This document shows positions 12,448 through 27,279 of a stretch of 64,000 nucleotides of DNA, piece by piece; the stretch's first letter is position 1; every line of letters starts with the position of its first letter. This DNA is from Octopus bimaculoides (taxonomy: Eukaryota), in contig NC_068998.1 of assembly GCF_001194135.2 (NCBI RefSeq), positions 45,152,599 to 45,216,598 on the forward strand. The letters run 5' to 3'. The notes beneath the pieces were generated by a model. The model was given only the letters and a program-made list of their open reading frames with translations, made no database searches and was not told where the DNA came from. The translations under genes and the position numbers were made by a program.

Positions 12448-13125
12448 GTTTACTTTACAGTTTACTGCTGTTGATTTTGAGAAAAAGAAAAAAACAGGTT
12501 TGCAAAGAAACTTTTAATAGCATTGTATTAATTTACACTTATGCACATACTTCAGATTGTTATACTCAAGGAAATTCACTGGGATACAATATGTTTCCAG
12601 AGATAAAAAAAGAAAGAGATCCAAATAATTACTTTATAATTAATCGAAATACATTGGTTTAAAAATTTCAATAACCAATATTGGGATACATTTAAACTAA
12701 ATCATTGGAGCATGACAAACAATGCAAGCATAAATAAGGAATTATTTCAGCGTTGTTGACTATTGAATCTGAAATTGTTATGGCTTTTTCCCCCTATTTA
12801 GTTTTACTCTATTTTTATTTAAACAGGAATGTTAAATATTATTTGCATTATTTCAATTTTGAAGAATTATTTATCGAACAATAAGCTGTTAATCTTACAT
12901 GAATCGAGAATAAATATTATTGATAACTGGTTAAACTGATGGACTGCTGCTACAATCAATATTAATCGAAAAACTGTCATTAACATTTCATTGTGATAAG
13001 ACACATTATTTCACTTACCCCAAGTCAACTTAGTTTAAACTGTTCCTTTCATTTCATATTGTGTCTTGTTAGTATTATGTGAGAAACAGGCACTTTAAAA
13101 TCATACCAGCCTCGGCTGAGAAAGT

Positions 13126-13448
13126 GAAAGCACATGGCTCACTGGTTAGAGTGTCAGGCTCACAGTCACGTTGTAGTGAGTTTGATTCCCAGACCAGGCC
13201 GTGTGATGTGTTCTTGAGCAGGACACTTTATTTCACATTGCTCTCGTTCAGTCAACTGTAGAAATGAGTTGTAATGTCACTGGTGCCAAGCTGTATCGGC
13301 CTTTGCTTTTCCCTTGGATACCATCAGTGGCATAGAGAGGAGAGGCTGGTATGCATGGGTGACTGCTGGTCTTCCATAAAAAACCTTGCCTGGACTTGTG
13401 CCTCAGAGGATAACTTTCTTGGTCCAAATCCCATAATCATTCATGACC
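13126..13448 (+). mobile_element. tRNA-derived SINE family D
   Basis: A-box tggctcactggttag and B-box gagtttgattccc; paralogous to 25804-26148. Confidence 0.85.
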
Positions 13449-14252
13449 TATCTTTGATTCATGTATTGTTCACTCAGCAACAATGAGATTGATAACAACA
13501 CTATGTTCTTGTAAGTGTAATGTTGGATATGACTAACTATTGGTTTGTGTTGCTGGAACAGAAAGAATTTCCTATTCCTTTTGCAGAAAACCAATGATGT
13601 CTTTAAAATTAACATTCCTCCAAATTCTTAAACAATCATTCTATTTAAAGTAAAACTTATTCATAACCAAACAAGTTTTCCTTGATAAAGAATTACTCTC
13701 TTTTAAATGCTTTGTTGAATCTTCAGAATAACCTTCCTGATTAGTGTCTGAAGTAGAAAGTTGTTGTGGGTAGGGATATCATTGAAGATTTTGATTTCTT
13801 GTAAGCTATCAATGGCAGGACGGATTAACAATACCAAACTTTATTTGGATTATTGAACAGAATCAAAAACAAAAGACTTAACTGACTGAAATAGTTCAGC
13901 CAGGGATTTATATTAAATTACTGTTTACCACTACTTTACAGAACTGTTGTAACCATGTCTCACATCTCATACATATATAGGAGAAATTCCAACCACTTTT
14001 CGTGGTTAGCTGACTCAACAACTCCTTTATGGGATCCAGTAACTAAGGATGTCACCAGGAGGAACCATGTCCAGTTTTGGCCCCTACTCCTCTACTGTTT
14101 TCTGACGTGACAGGGCCCCACCTTTCAGAGGTGTCTTCAGCTCTGGTGTTGAGTGTGTTTTTTGTTCTTTGGTTGCATTGTCTTCCATGCAGCATCAGCG
14201 AACATCAGTGGATAAATGACCATCCTGCCAAATTTCCCTTTCAATATTCACT

Positions 14253-14297
<45 letters not shown>

Positions 14298-14356
14298 TTA
14301 GGGAAAATAACCAATTTTCAAGAACTCATCGATGAATTTTTTATAAATTGATTTTA

Positions 14357-14437
14357 ATTGGCGTTAGGAAGGGCATCCAGCTGTAGAAACTCTGCCAAAT
14401 CAGACTGGAGCCTGGTGTTGCCATCCGGTTTCACCAG
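14357..14437 (+). mobile_element. SINE family E fragment (runs into gap)
   Basis: ttggcgttaggaagggcatccagctgtagaaactctgcca is shared with 19352-19430. Confidence 0.8.
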
Positions 14438-14500
14438 NNNNNNNNNNNNNNNNNNNNNNNNNNNNNNNNNNNNNNNNNNNNNNNNNNNNNNNNNNNNNNN

Positions 14501-14544
<44 letters not shown>

Positions 14545-14639
14545 CACACACACACACACACACATATATATACATAAAAAATATAAGTATCTGTACATGT
14601 AGCACTAAAGACTAACACAGATCTTTTGAACTATCAAGA

Positions 14640-14815
14640 AAGCCTCCATAATGTAGCTTGACCAGCTTGAAACAGCTGCTGAATATTACTCAAATCACAT
14701 CGTTTTACCTTAGGAAAGAAGGCTCATATGCTTACAATGATGAGATGGTCATGACTGGGACAGATTTGATAAAAGGTCCATTGAATCAAGACTGATTTGG
14801 TGGTGTTAAACAATA
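14640..14815 (+). repeat. Old dispersed repeat (family H) fragment
   Basis: Diverged motifs (gaaacagctgc..aaat; atggtcatgactgg..tttgat..aggtc) recur at about 15190-15350, 23370-23540, 43520-43700 and 59040-59115. Confidence 0.5.
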
Positions 14816-17800
14816 ACTGAAGCTTCTTAAAAGATCGTAAAGGGTTACACTACATCAAGAACAAACTGGTAGTTGTTCAGCATAGTTATAGCCTGACTAC
14901 GCAAGCTACATCCTACCTATAATTATCGATACATTATAACAAAATAATGAAATTCCTTACATCTAATAACATCGAAGGTTTGGTTGTCTTAAAACAGTCA
15001 TACTCATAGAAATTCAGTTTAATCAAAGGCAGTGAGCATAGTAAGAGCTTTAAAACAATTTTCTGTGTCTCAACTTACTAATCCAATTAGAGCTACACAT
15101 CTGTAAACATTCACACCCATCACTTCAGAGATCTGCATATGTGCCTGAGATAGATGATAGGTGAAACTCCAATAAATTGTTTCATAGCACCAGAGCAGAC
15201 CGGACCAAGCAGACTCTGTGATCAAAGACATTCCAACTAAGACAATTCCATCGATGATATTTATACTTTTATTTTTGTTGGTCTCTTTTTGAAATGGTAG
15301 GGTGCAATTTGAAAGAAATTTAACTGCTATTTCCAACTGATTGAGCAGTCTATAGAGGTTACCTCAAACAACTCCAATAAATTAGCTTTGACTGTTTGTC
15401 AACACAGAACCTAACTAATGTTTTATAAGGATTTTAAAACTTTGCTCTAATTTTTAACTAAAACCATGTATTATACATATCTGTGGGTGGATGGATGGGT
15501 GGGGCAATCATGTTATGGAAGTTTTGAAGGTGTTTGTACAAAGGTATGTGAGAATATTTTAAAATAATTTCTGGTATTCTTTTGCTATATATGGTCAGAG
15601 TTGAATAAATTTCCAAAGTTGTGATCCTGCCGATACAAAACATTTAAAGAACATGAATTCTTGTGCATGCACACACGTGCCATTGTGTGTGTCTGTGTAA
15701 ACACATGTATGTGTGTATGTGCATGTAACATGTATTTGTGCATGTGCATGCATAAGTATTCATGCATGTATACACAAATACATTGATAAAACTACGAATC
15801 TTGTATAGTAGAATATTTTTTGACACAAATCTAGCATGGGCAAAAAACAACTATTGATTTTAAATTCAGCAGAACTCTGCTGCTGTTAAACATGCTGCCT
15901 GTATTCACTCTGAAAACCATTCTGTTTTCTTTCTTGCTATTGTTGTTTTCCTTCTTTTTTCACATATATTTCCTCCATGGCTAAAATATGTTCCACAAAA
16001 TATTTTCAGGAATTGCTCTCACATAGTTTCATGCAAATATACACGTGTGTGTGTGTGTGTGCACTGACAAATATTCTAAGCAAAAACATCTAATACACTT
16101 AATATACACCCACACAAATCAATTGAGTTAGTGCCGTTTGGTTAGAACAGAATGAATTTGGTGCCTTTTATCAGGAAAACAAATTTCTGGCAACTGCTAT
16201 TGTAAGAAGAACTATGCAATTATAACAAGATACTCACAAATATAAGGCAGTATTTGATAATGTTATTAGAATACACATATCATTATATATCTACTATGAT
16301 TACCATTTTATACCGTTTGTTTCCACATAAAACTCATGCATCCACCAGTTTTGTCTTGTTTTTAGTGTACTTAAAATATTGGTTTGACAATTAATAAGAG
16401 ATAGAGATTTGTTTCATTTGTTTATTATATCAGTCTGTTCTTTGTGAGACACGATAGCTGTAAGGTTTAGTAGTTGAACAGTAGCCACATAATTATCACT
16501 CCAAACTCTCCTAGCCACAAGGCTCCCTCAGTTTATTGACTGACATAAGGGTCTGGTCTCACTTCAAATTTAAGTGGTTATTTGTTGGGAGAATGTTCAG
16601 CAAATTGCTCTTAGCAAAAATCATTTCGACTATGATAACATAGAAAATTGACTGTCAAGTAGAAAAAAAAAATACAGAAGAAAATATGTTGTTGCCATTG
16701 AAGCCTATAGCATTTAAGAAGTAGCTGAATTATTTCATTATTAAATTTTATTTTAATTTTGGTGATTGTGTACGTTAGTCCTGTAACCCATAAGAACACT
16801 AACTCACCACTGTTATGAAGGGTTAGTCAGTTCTGTATTCATCCTCTGCTTATTACACTTATAAATAACAATAAAGTTCAAGTGATTTTCAATGATAGAA
16901 TTTAATTCAGACTGATTACTTAATTCAAACTATGGGCAAAACATACAACTTACTTTGCTCCACCCTCCAGCTTAAGAATTTATCTTTAAACACTTCAGAA
17001 GTATGCTGGTACTGCATAGAATTCCACTTTCTATTTTAATGAATGGATGAGAGATAAATCTCTCCAAGGATAATGTCATATTGGACTTGCTTCACTTCTT
17101 TATAATTGCTAATACTTTACAGAAACTATGGTATTCACAATATTATATTTTTTGCTCTGGCTATATGCTTATTTGAGAAATTATTTTTATTAATCTTGGA
17201 ATATGCACTTTCACAAGAGCACATTTTGGAAATAATTGATTTAGTGAAGTGACACCTACTAATCACCTGCTAGTTAAATCAGCAATGATTTTAGGTCAGG
17301 AGATCAAGAATAATTGGTGTGGTTTTCATTACTGTGTATTGATTATTTTAACCAGAAAGGGAAAGTCCATAGAAAAAAAGGAAAAAATGTACAGAATTAC
17401 TTGAGAAGACATAACTGATTTGCTTATTCATTCAAGTAGAGCAATATGTTACATATAGTTAAGAGAAATTTGTATAGCAGCTTTAGCTCATTAACTTGGA
17501 AAGAGACAAGAGTGCTTAAGAGAGACGTTAAGATAAACACAAAAATATTTTCAATGGCTGGTGTAGCAGAACAGTTTATAGAAGCAGTAATCATATTTTG
17601 TTTGATCCAGTGTTTTCTTAGCTTCAGAAACAATAGAAACATTTGCCAGGATCTTGTAATGATAATCGTTCATTCAGTAGGGAACAGTTCTACTTATTCT
17701 TAATAGCCAAGTATTACCAACCTCACTGATACTGAACTGGTAAACTTACAGCTCTGTAATACACCTGACTACTGCATCCTTTCACCTTTATTTCATTTCT

Positions 17801-17929
17801 CTTTTTCTTATTCTTTTCTTTTTGTGATCCAGCAAATTGAGTGCTTTCTTAGCACTTTATTTTATTTGTTTATTTTTCGCTCATGTTCTTGTGTACAAAT
17901 ACCAGCAAAGTAACACATAAACACACCCA

Positions 17930-17931
17930 CA

Positions 17932-17965
<34 letters not shown>

Positions 17966-17990
17966 TTCTCTCTCTCTCTGTCTCTCTCTC

Positions 17991-18038
<48 letters not shown>

Positions 18039-18050
18039 NNNNNNNNNNNN

Positions 18051-18086
<36 letters not shown>
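17930..18086. repeat. (CT)n/(CA)n compound microsatellite with small gap
   Basis: Directly visible. Confidence 0.95.
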
Positions 18087-19137
18087 CTTATCTCTTTGAG
18101 TCAAAGAAAGAAAGAAATGACAATATCATTGAAAGTAATTAGGTTCCATTTGGCAAGCTGGTGGATTGTTTGTCAGAAGAAACAAATGATGGAAACTAAT
18201 TTTATCCACCTTGTATTTAAGTCCATTGATATTCTGTTATTCTTTTATAGCAATTTTTATTGTGGTTAGTTGACTGGAAGCCACTAATGCTATTATGTGC
18301 AACGTGTAATATTTATGTTTGACACCACGCTTTAAAGTGAGCACTTGGACATATTCAGCAGTTCCTAGAGAGAGGTAACACGTATTTATATTTCAGTGAC
18401 ATTCCTATATTAGACAGCTCTATACTTTAAATAGAACGCCCTCACATAGTTTGTAAAGTCTAACACCAGAAATCTTAGAGTATACAAAACATTGTAAATA
18501 AAAGTTTATGATTTGGTGGATATTCCACAAGTTGAAAGAAAGAATTTAAGTCAAATGTCAAAACGTAAATCGTAAAGTTCAGCTGTATTTTGACCATACC
18601 ATATAGTTACGAGTACAACTAATACACGTGCTCTCTCCTATATGATTACCATTCAATGAGTCCCAGTGCTAATATTCACATAAAGATGGCAGTAGTAAAT
18701 AAATTCTTTACAGTTATTATGTCACTAGAAATGAGTTGCCACCATATCAACCTCTGTTTTATTGGTAAAAGCACTGTACAGTAGTTAATGTATGCGAGAT
18801 AAAATTTTATTTGTTTCACTTTACCTTTTACAGGGTTTGTTGAAGTAAATCACAAATCATTACATGGTCGGGTAGTTTGTTTTGAGTTTGCCTTAGTTTC
18901 TATGATACACGGAGTCTTAGAAAGTAATCAGTAAATGTTTATTGCTGAACCAATAAGAATAGTTGGAAATTAAACTAATATAGGCAGATATCATTGTTAT
19001 GTGGACAATAACAATTATATGCTTAAGCTTAATATTATTAAATAAATAGTTTAGTAATTATATCCCAGCTATGACTGAGATTAATATTATACTGAAACCA
19101 TGAATGTTATGACATTACTATTTTTATATTAAGATCG

Positions 19138-19510
19138 TCAATGGCACCTGTGCCCAGCATCGCCTTCCTGGCACTTGTGCCGGATGGCACGTGTAAAGAC
19201 ATTTGAGCGAGATCGTTGCCAGTGCCACCGAACTAGCTCCTGTGTAGGTGGCACGTAAAATACACCATTTTGAGCATGGCCGTTGCCAGTACCGCCTGAC
19301 TGGCCCTCGTGCTGGTGGTGCGTAAAAGCATCCACTACACTCTTGGAGTGGTTGGCGTTAGGAAGGGCATCCAGCTGTAGAAACTCTGCCAGATCAGATT
19401 GGAGCCTGGTGTAGCCATCTGGTTTCACCAGTCCTCAGTCAAATCGTCCAACCCATGTTAGCATGGAAAGCGGACGTTAAACGACGACGATGATGATGAT
19501 GATGATGATG
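19138..19510 (+). mobile_element. SINE/LINE-tail family E with (GAT)n tail
   Basis: Internal gttgccagt repeats and the tail ccaacccatgttagcatggaaagcggacgttaaacgacgacgatgatgat. Paralogues lie at 55355-55810 (-) and 52747-53000 (-); tail-only pieces at 237-265 and 34543-34590. Confidence 0.85.
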
Positions 19511-20694
19511 AAACAGTAGAATGTCAAACTAGATCCCTCATGACATTTAGATAGTTTTGCTGTTTGTTTTCTGTTTAAATCCCACTGGCATCAAATATGC
19601 TCAACCACATCCAAGTATTGTTAAAATAACTAACAGCTGTGTATTGAATTGATTCACTCGTTCGGCATCATCATCCCTAAAAATTTGTAGCTCTGTGCTA
19701 ATATAAGAAATCATTATTAAGCTAGCATTCAGAAAATAAATTAGAATTTATACCACGCAGTATATAATGTTTACTCATTGGTGGTGGGAAAAGATAGAGT
19801 GGTGGTTGGAGCCGGGTGTTGGAGAGTATTTAGTTTTGCCTCTCTTTGTTTTCTCTGGAGGTTGATTTTGAGTTCCACTTGTATGTAATTGGTAATAAAT
19901 ACCAGGTGCATATTAGGGTTGATTCACTTGATTATATTCATCTCTTACAAATGTATCTCCAAAATGATAATTATTATAATTAACTCCTATAAAGATATTT
20001 ATTATATTATCACTGTTTAATTATAATTTCCCATTTATCTAGTTCCAGATATTGGTACTTGGTTACTTCTGTAGAAATAATGATATACACAATCAAGTAT
20101 ATGCAGATATTAGTTTTTAATTACGGTTATAGAGATAGAACACTTTGGATATTGCTTCTGAGTCACTGTCATGCAAATATTCCCATAAATAGTTTCCTAA
20201 ACTGCATTCCAGATTCAATTATTTAGATAGTAAAATGAAGTTATTGCTGCTATAAAGATAAATGTATTTCTCCCCTTATTTTATATAACAGATATTTACT
20301 TTTATATTCTAAATCTTTATCTTAAGATATGAGAATTTTGCATTTTTCTATGTTTGACATGGCCATATTTTAGATTTTTTCTCACAATCAAAATGAACAT
20401 GTTCTAAACAAATTCAGTTGACTTTCTTGTTGTTTTCGATTTTAATTTTATCATTCTATTTTCTTTTCTTCACAAATATAGATAATGGCTTCTATTTGCT
20501 AGCTATTGTATTAAAATTGGTACATTCATTTAAGTATCTAGAACTTTCTTCTTTTTTTTTTATTGTTTAGCAAGGTCTAAGTAACACAGTTTTGGAATAG
20601 ATTATCTAACATCTAACTAACTTGTTGGTTTTCTGCTGAAAATAGAAGTAATTCATTTATGGTCAAGCAACTCATATGTCAGTAGTAGAAATTA

Positions 20695-20913
20695 TTGGTT
20701 TCTAAATTTTTGGCACAAGGCCAGTAAGTTCAGGGGAAGTGGATTAGTCAGTTACATCGGCTCCAGTGTTCAACTGCTACTTACTTTAACAACCCCAAAC
20801 GGATGAAGGACAAAGTCGACCTCAGCGGAATTTGAACTTAGAACAGAAAGACAAACAAAGTGCCACTAAGCATTGTGTCCTGCATGCTAACGCTTCTGTC
20901 AGCTTGTTGCCTT
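20695..20913 (-). mobile_element. SINE family A
   Basis: ggatgaaggacaaagtcgacctcagcggaatttgaact matches the family A core. Confidence 0.8.
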
Positions 20914-22904
20914 TAGGAGCAGAAATTATTAAACAAAACTCAGAAGTATTAAGTATTGGTCTTAGTATATAATTAACACTTAACTTCTTAGCAGGTGTTA
21001 GTTTAAATGTTTGCATCTTTATTTTACACCTCTGCCATCATTCCTGTGAATGACCATATAATATGTAAAGGGCCTCTATTTACAGATCTTGTTTTATATC
21101 AACATAGATAAAAATTACAATAATATCTATATGCAACACATGACTAGATTCAGTGGTGTAGATGAAGATTAATTCTTTTTCTGTTGCACCTAACATTTAC
21201 AAACTGTATCTAATTCTTATAACTTAATAGAAATTCAACAAAACACATCTATAAGCTGGAGCATGAATATTTTATCCATTCACCATCTTTAATCAACATT
21301 TCACTACATTATATTCCATTTTAATCAATCCAATTTTCTTATTGAACATTACATTATTAATGTTTTCCTAACCACTGTACTAGAAATAAACCACATTATT
21401 TCATGGCGCTGTCAGTAAAATCCCTTTGTTTCCTTGCTCATTGCATCTAATATCAGTCAGTTACATTAGTGAGTGATGTTTTTTTTAAAATTTTATCTTG
21501 GTAAATTTTTTAAATGGTTTCTCTTTTAGTTACAAGTAAATCTAAGGTTACCCTTATTATCTTGTTATGGTATTACTTTTCTCTGCTAAAATATTTCTAA
21601 TAGTTTATGGTACATATATGTTTCATTCTCTTGCATTATTGAGAAATTTTATATGAGGTTCAATATTCTTAGAATGTTGAGGAAATGGAATTAAACAATC
21701 AAAAAAAAGATGGCAGAATGATTATAATGGTGAAGGAAAACAATTGATTCTGGGATGTTTGTCTAACCATTTTCATATTATTGCATCATTATGAAGAAAT
21801 GGATGTATGTAAATGAGATTGATTAATATATATTAATTTTATATCTTTTATAAAATGAAATAAAAAAGGGTTTATCAAATTCTGACTTTCATCTTCCACA
21901 TGATAGATTTATTTTAGATTGGAAAACAGTGAAGAAAAATACCTTCCTTAAAGAAAACTTTCTTATATCAAATTGATTGTTATTACAGCATTTTATTTTC
22001 TGCAATATGTGTAATATTGTTAAAAGTTACATGCAATATAAATTTTAAGAAAATAAATTAACTTCTAGTTCAAACTAATAATTTCAGAAAATATCTAATA
22101 TCTTTGAAAATATTTAAAAATTTTATAAACCTTCAATCTTGTTATTAAATATTGGTTGTGGTTTTACATTTAATTTAATTTTAAAATGAAATGTTCAAAG
22201 TGTCATGGTAAAAAGAATTCTACAGTTTAAACTTGAAGAAATCACTATTATAAATACTAAAATTTTTCTCACAATAAAGTATGTATTCAGTGTGATATTG
22301 TGAAATATGTACTGGACTTCTGTTATATAGTTACTCTTATACAAAACTATATTCCTGTATTCATAATTTACATGGCATCAGTTTCAACATCCTTCTCATC
22401 AATCACATCTACTCATTTGCTTATCTACATGTTAGGAGTATTCTTCAGTTAATGCTGGGCCGGACTATATAATAATAACAGCAATCATTATTATCAGTCA
22501 TTATTATATGATTGAGTGGGTTAGACACGTTAGATATCTCTTGATTTGAGTTGGTTATTCCTACTTTTGAAGGTTGAGACCTAATCCCTTTTATTAATTT
22601 TTGTATCATCCAATCAACTGGTTCAATTCTTAAAGCATTTCCAGTCTAGAGAACTAAGAAAATAGAGAGTGGTTAAAAAGGTGTGTTTAAATATAATAAG
22701 TATTGTTATAAAATGGCAATATTATGACCATTACACAATCTGCCTTATTCACTTGTACCAAATTAAATATACAACAGGGTCATAATTTTTCCATATATTA
22801 TATATGAAAATTACTTCTACATGGGTCCTATGAAACGCTTTCTTTAACATGAATAAAATGAAATAGAATTAACTTATTTTTAATCATTATTTCCCTTACT
22901 GCAG

Positions 22905-22931
22905 TCCCGTTATATAAGAAATATTGCAGAG
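22905..22931 (+). other. Candidate 27-nt micro-exon
   Basis: tttcccttactgcag|TCCCGT...GCAGAG|gtaaaa; reads SRYIRNIAE or PLYKKYCR; no homology recognised. Confidence 0.15.
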
Positions 22932-24140
22932 GTAAAATTAGATGCTGGCACAATTCCAGATTACATGCTATTGATTTAAAGACTCATTTTACATTCATTT
23001 TATTACGAGAGAGAGAGAGATTATGAAACTTATGACTGATTAAAAGGAGGAGGGGAAAACTAAAATATGTAAAGTATGTGTTTGCTTACAACATATTGAC
23101 CTATAGAAAAGAAGACATGAATCCAATAATGAATTTAGGAAGATACTCATTGATTACATCATATTTTTCTCCATTGAAAATAACTGAAAGTAGTCAACTG
23201 TTCTCTTAAGATACCAAATTAATTTGTTTTTAATTTTTTTTCCATCTTAATCCAGTACTGATGTTTAATCTATAACTTAATTTACACTACTGGAAATGTC
23301 TTTTTATTGATCCTAACATCAGCTATGTTACACCGTTATTTTTTTTGCACATCTTTTCTTTAAACCACCAGCCTGTTAGAAATAGCAACCGAATTCCCCT
23401 AAATCTCACTCCATCATCTTCAGAGGAAGGAAAAAACATTAGGTAATGTAACCATAGATATTGAGAATGATGGGATATTTATCAGTGGAATGCTCATCAT
23501 GCTAGGTCTATTCATCCACAATTGAACTGGGAGTAAACAACAACTTCAACCCAAACTCTTGTCATTCAAATCTTAATCAATCTAAAAAGTTAATCAGTAA
23601 GAATCAGTGATGTTCAATAACCAAAACATAATCAACTTCCTATTCATACAACTCCCCACTCCACGCATTGAACTGTGCTACTTTACATTACTCTTTTCTT
23701 CTTCTTCTTCTTCTCCACTTAACCTCTTTTGAAGATAACATTTGTGTTCTTTTTTTTTTCCTTTTCCAACTCATGCATGAATGCAAAATATTTTCATTTC
23801 TATCAGCATTGATTGCTTGTATTTATTCAGTGACAGGTTATAAACACTAAATTGTTGCGCAGTGTTATTTTTAACAATCAATCTTACATCAGGATCTTAT
23901 AAAGTGCACGTGAGCTTCTATTGCTCCAAAATCCTTCACTTATCAATAATCTAACTGTTATATATTGACATTGGCAGCTGTCTCTGTTTTCTTCCAGAAA
24001 GGAACTGACTCGGCACCTTTTTTCTTTGATAGAAAAGCTATGCGTAAATTGAATTTAGATAGAATCATTAAAATAACTTGGGCAGAATATTTTCACTACT
24101 CACTGTTTACACCTCAGAAACTATTACACAATATAATCAT

Positions 24141-24330
24141 TAGCATGCTGGGCAAACTGCTTAATAACATTTCATCCGTCTTTATGCATTGAGTTCAAAT
24201 TCCGCTGAGGTAGAACTTTCTTTCATTCTTTGGCAGGGGGGGTCAATAAAATAGGTACCAGTTGAGCACTGGGATCGATGTTATTCACTCACCCACCTCC
24301 TCTGAAATTGCAAGCCTTGTTCAAAAGTAT
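24141..24330 (+). mobile_element. SINE family A, diverged
   Basis: gagttcaaattccgctgagg...aggtaccagttgagcactggg. Confidence 0.75.
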
Positions 24331-24646
24331 GTAATTCCCATCTGACTATATATATATATAGGTAAATAGGTGACATGAGAAGTTAGAGTTCATTGTTAAA
24401 AACAGTGTGAAGCTGTATAACTGACACATGCTTATTATGAGTTTAACTGTAGTTGAACTAATATTAAGCACATGTCAGCTTGTAATAGGATGGTAAAGCT
24501 TGTAGTAGGCCAGCACTCCAGCAGAAGAAAAAGATGATTTTCTGTGGTTCATCACATTGAAAATTGAGTAAATTTACCACGTCTGTGATGTAATGAAAAC
24601 TAATACATATGCACAAACAATGTACATATTTATATATTTAAATGTG

Positions 24647-24750
<104 letters not shown>

Positions 24751-25726
24751 AAAATGAAAAATAATAATAAGGCAGAATGCTAAACTGGAAGCATATTTTA
24801 ATAAAGATTTCTCTAATCGGCTTTCATTACGAAGCAAATTNNNNNNNNNNNNNNNNNNNNNNNNNNNNNNNNNNNNNNNNNNNNNNNNNNNNNNNNNNNN
24901 NNNNNNNNNNNNNNNNNNNNNNNNNNNNNNNNNNNNNNNNNNNNNNNNNNNNNNNNNNNNNNNNNNNNNNNNNNNNNNNNNNNNNNNNNNNNNNNNNNNN
25001 NNNNNNNNNNNNNNNNNNNNNNNNNNNNNNNNNNNNNNNNNNNNNNNNNNNNNNNNNNNNNNNNNNNNNNNNNNNNNNNNNNNNNNNNNNNNNNNNNNNN
25101 NNNNNNNNNNNNNNNNNNNNNNNNNNNNNNNNNNNNNNNNNNNNNNNNNNNNNNNNNNNNNNNNNNNNNNNNNNNNNNNNNNNNNNNNNNNNNNNNNNNN
25201 NNNNNNNNNNNNNNNNNNNNNNNNNNNNNNNNNNNNNNNNNNNNNNNNNNNNNNNNNNNNNNNNNNNNNNNNNNNNNNNNNNNNNNNNNNNNNNNNNNNN
25301 NNNNNNNNNNNNNNNNNNNNNNNNNNNNNNNNNNNNNNNNNNNNNNNNNNNNNNNNNNNNNNNNNNNNNNNNNNNNNNNNNNNNNNNNNNNNNNNNNNNN
25401 NNNNNNNNNNNNNNNNNNNNNNNNNNNNNNNNNNNNNNNNNNNNNNNNNNNNNNNNNNNNNNNNNNNNNNNNNNNNNNNNNNNNNNNNNNNNNNNNNNNN
25501 NNNNNNNNNNNNNNNNNNNNNNNNNNNNNNNNNNNNNNNNNNNNNNNNNNNNNNNNNNNNNNNNNNNNNNNNNNNNNNNNNNNNNNNNNNNNNNNNNNNN
25601 NNNNNNNNNNNNNNNNNNNNNNNNNNNNNNNNNNNNNNNNNNNNNNNNNNNNNNNNNNNNNNNNNNNNNNNNNNNNNNNNNNNNNNNNNNNNNNNNNNNN
25701 NNNNNNNNNNNNNNNNNNNNNNNNNN

Positions 25727-25781
<55 letters not shown>

Positions 25782-25803
25782 ATATAAATGTGTGTGTGTG
25801 TGC

Positions 25804-26148
25804 AGGAAGGTGCATGGCTTTGTGGTTAGAGTGTCAGGGTTATAACCATGTGGCAGTGAGTTTGATTCCCAGACCAGGATGTGTGTTGTGCTCTTGAGTA
25901 AGATACTTTACTTTTCACGTTGCTTCACAGTCCACTCAGCTGTACAAATGAGTTGCAATGTCACTGGTGCCAAGCTGCAACAGCCCTTTTGCCTTTCGCC
26001 TGGATAACATCAATGGCATGATGAGGGGAGGCTGGTACATATGGCCAACTGCTGGTCTTGCACAAACAATCTTGCTTGGACTCGTGCCTCCGAGAGGAAC
26101 TTTTCTAGGTGCAATCCCATGGTCATTCATGACCAAAGGGGAGCTTCT
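25804..26148 (+). mobile_element. SINE family D
   Basis: Paralogue of 13126-13448. Confidence 0.85.
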
Positions 26149-26289
26149 TTTTTATTTATACATATATACTTTATCATTGGTTTCATTAACTTCTTATATC
26201 ATATGTTGTCCATTTTTTGTCATCTGTACTAGCTGCATAAATGCTCTAAGCTTACTAACATGGATCCTTAGATTAAACTTAACTATTAC

Positions 26290-26336
<47 letters not shown>

Positions 26337-27028
26337 GTATGTATAGTAAAAGACAATATATAAAAAGCATGGTTATCAACAGCAAGCATATTTACAGTTA
26401 AGTCCAGTGTAAATATTAACCAATTTACATTGTTAGAAAATTTGTGTGTGCATGTGCATGTATTTTGTGAAAGGGTTAACATGATCAGTAACATCTTTCT
26501 GTCTGTGTTTAATTTCATTCAACCTAATGATGCTAGAACACAGGTAATTAACAAGATCAAATAAAAGAGAAAGAGAATTTTTCCTTTTACGTCTTACAAC
26601 AGTTCTTAGATTCAGTGAGCTAAATCTTATTTGGCAGCATTGTGTTTAGCAAGACTGATAACTCACAGAAACGTTGTACAAGTTTGTGATTATACTTTTT
26701 ATATAGATTTATTTATGGAGATTAATGTCTGTGAGATCATCTGTTTCTCTTGGAATGTGAGATAAAACACCATAAAACCAACATGGCCAATAGATACTCC
26801 ATTTACTGCTAGTAAAACCATCAAAGAAGACAGGCCTCAAATATATGCATCATCTGTGTTTTCCTTGATAATTGATTGTCTTTTCAGTAGTAAGAGAGCA
26901 TTTTTTTTTATTGTTTATTATTATTGTGCATACCTAGGTAATTCCATTCAAATACTGCTTTATTGTTTATGGGAAATTCCTTCAAATTACACACACACAC
27001 ACATGTGCATATATACATACATATGCGT

Positions 27029-27279
27029 GTGAAATTAACGTGCAAGTGGCTGAGCACTCCACAGACACACGAACTTTTAATGTAGTTCTGAGGGAGATTC
27101 AGCATGACGCAGAGTGTGACATGGCCGGCTCTTTGAAATACAAGTACTATTCATTTTTGCCAGCTGAGCAACAGGAAATAAAGAGTCTTGCTCAAGGACA
27201 CAATGCATTGCTGGGAATTGAACTCATGACCTGACAATCATGAGTCAAATGCCCTAACCACTAAGCCACGAGCCTTCGC
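27029..27279 (-). mobile_element. SINE family C variant
   Basis: gtgaaattaacgtgcaagtggctgagcactccacagacac is the reverse of the family C conserved block; tRNA-like head at about 27215-27279. Confidence 0.8.

Noticed and set aside
18834-18871. Strong plus-strand acceptor with peptide GFVEVNHKSLHGR
   Set aside because: The donor (gtagtt) is weak and the peptide is unrecognised; not supportable.
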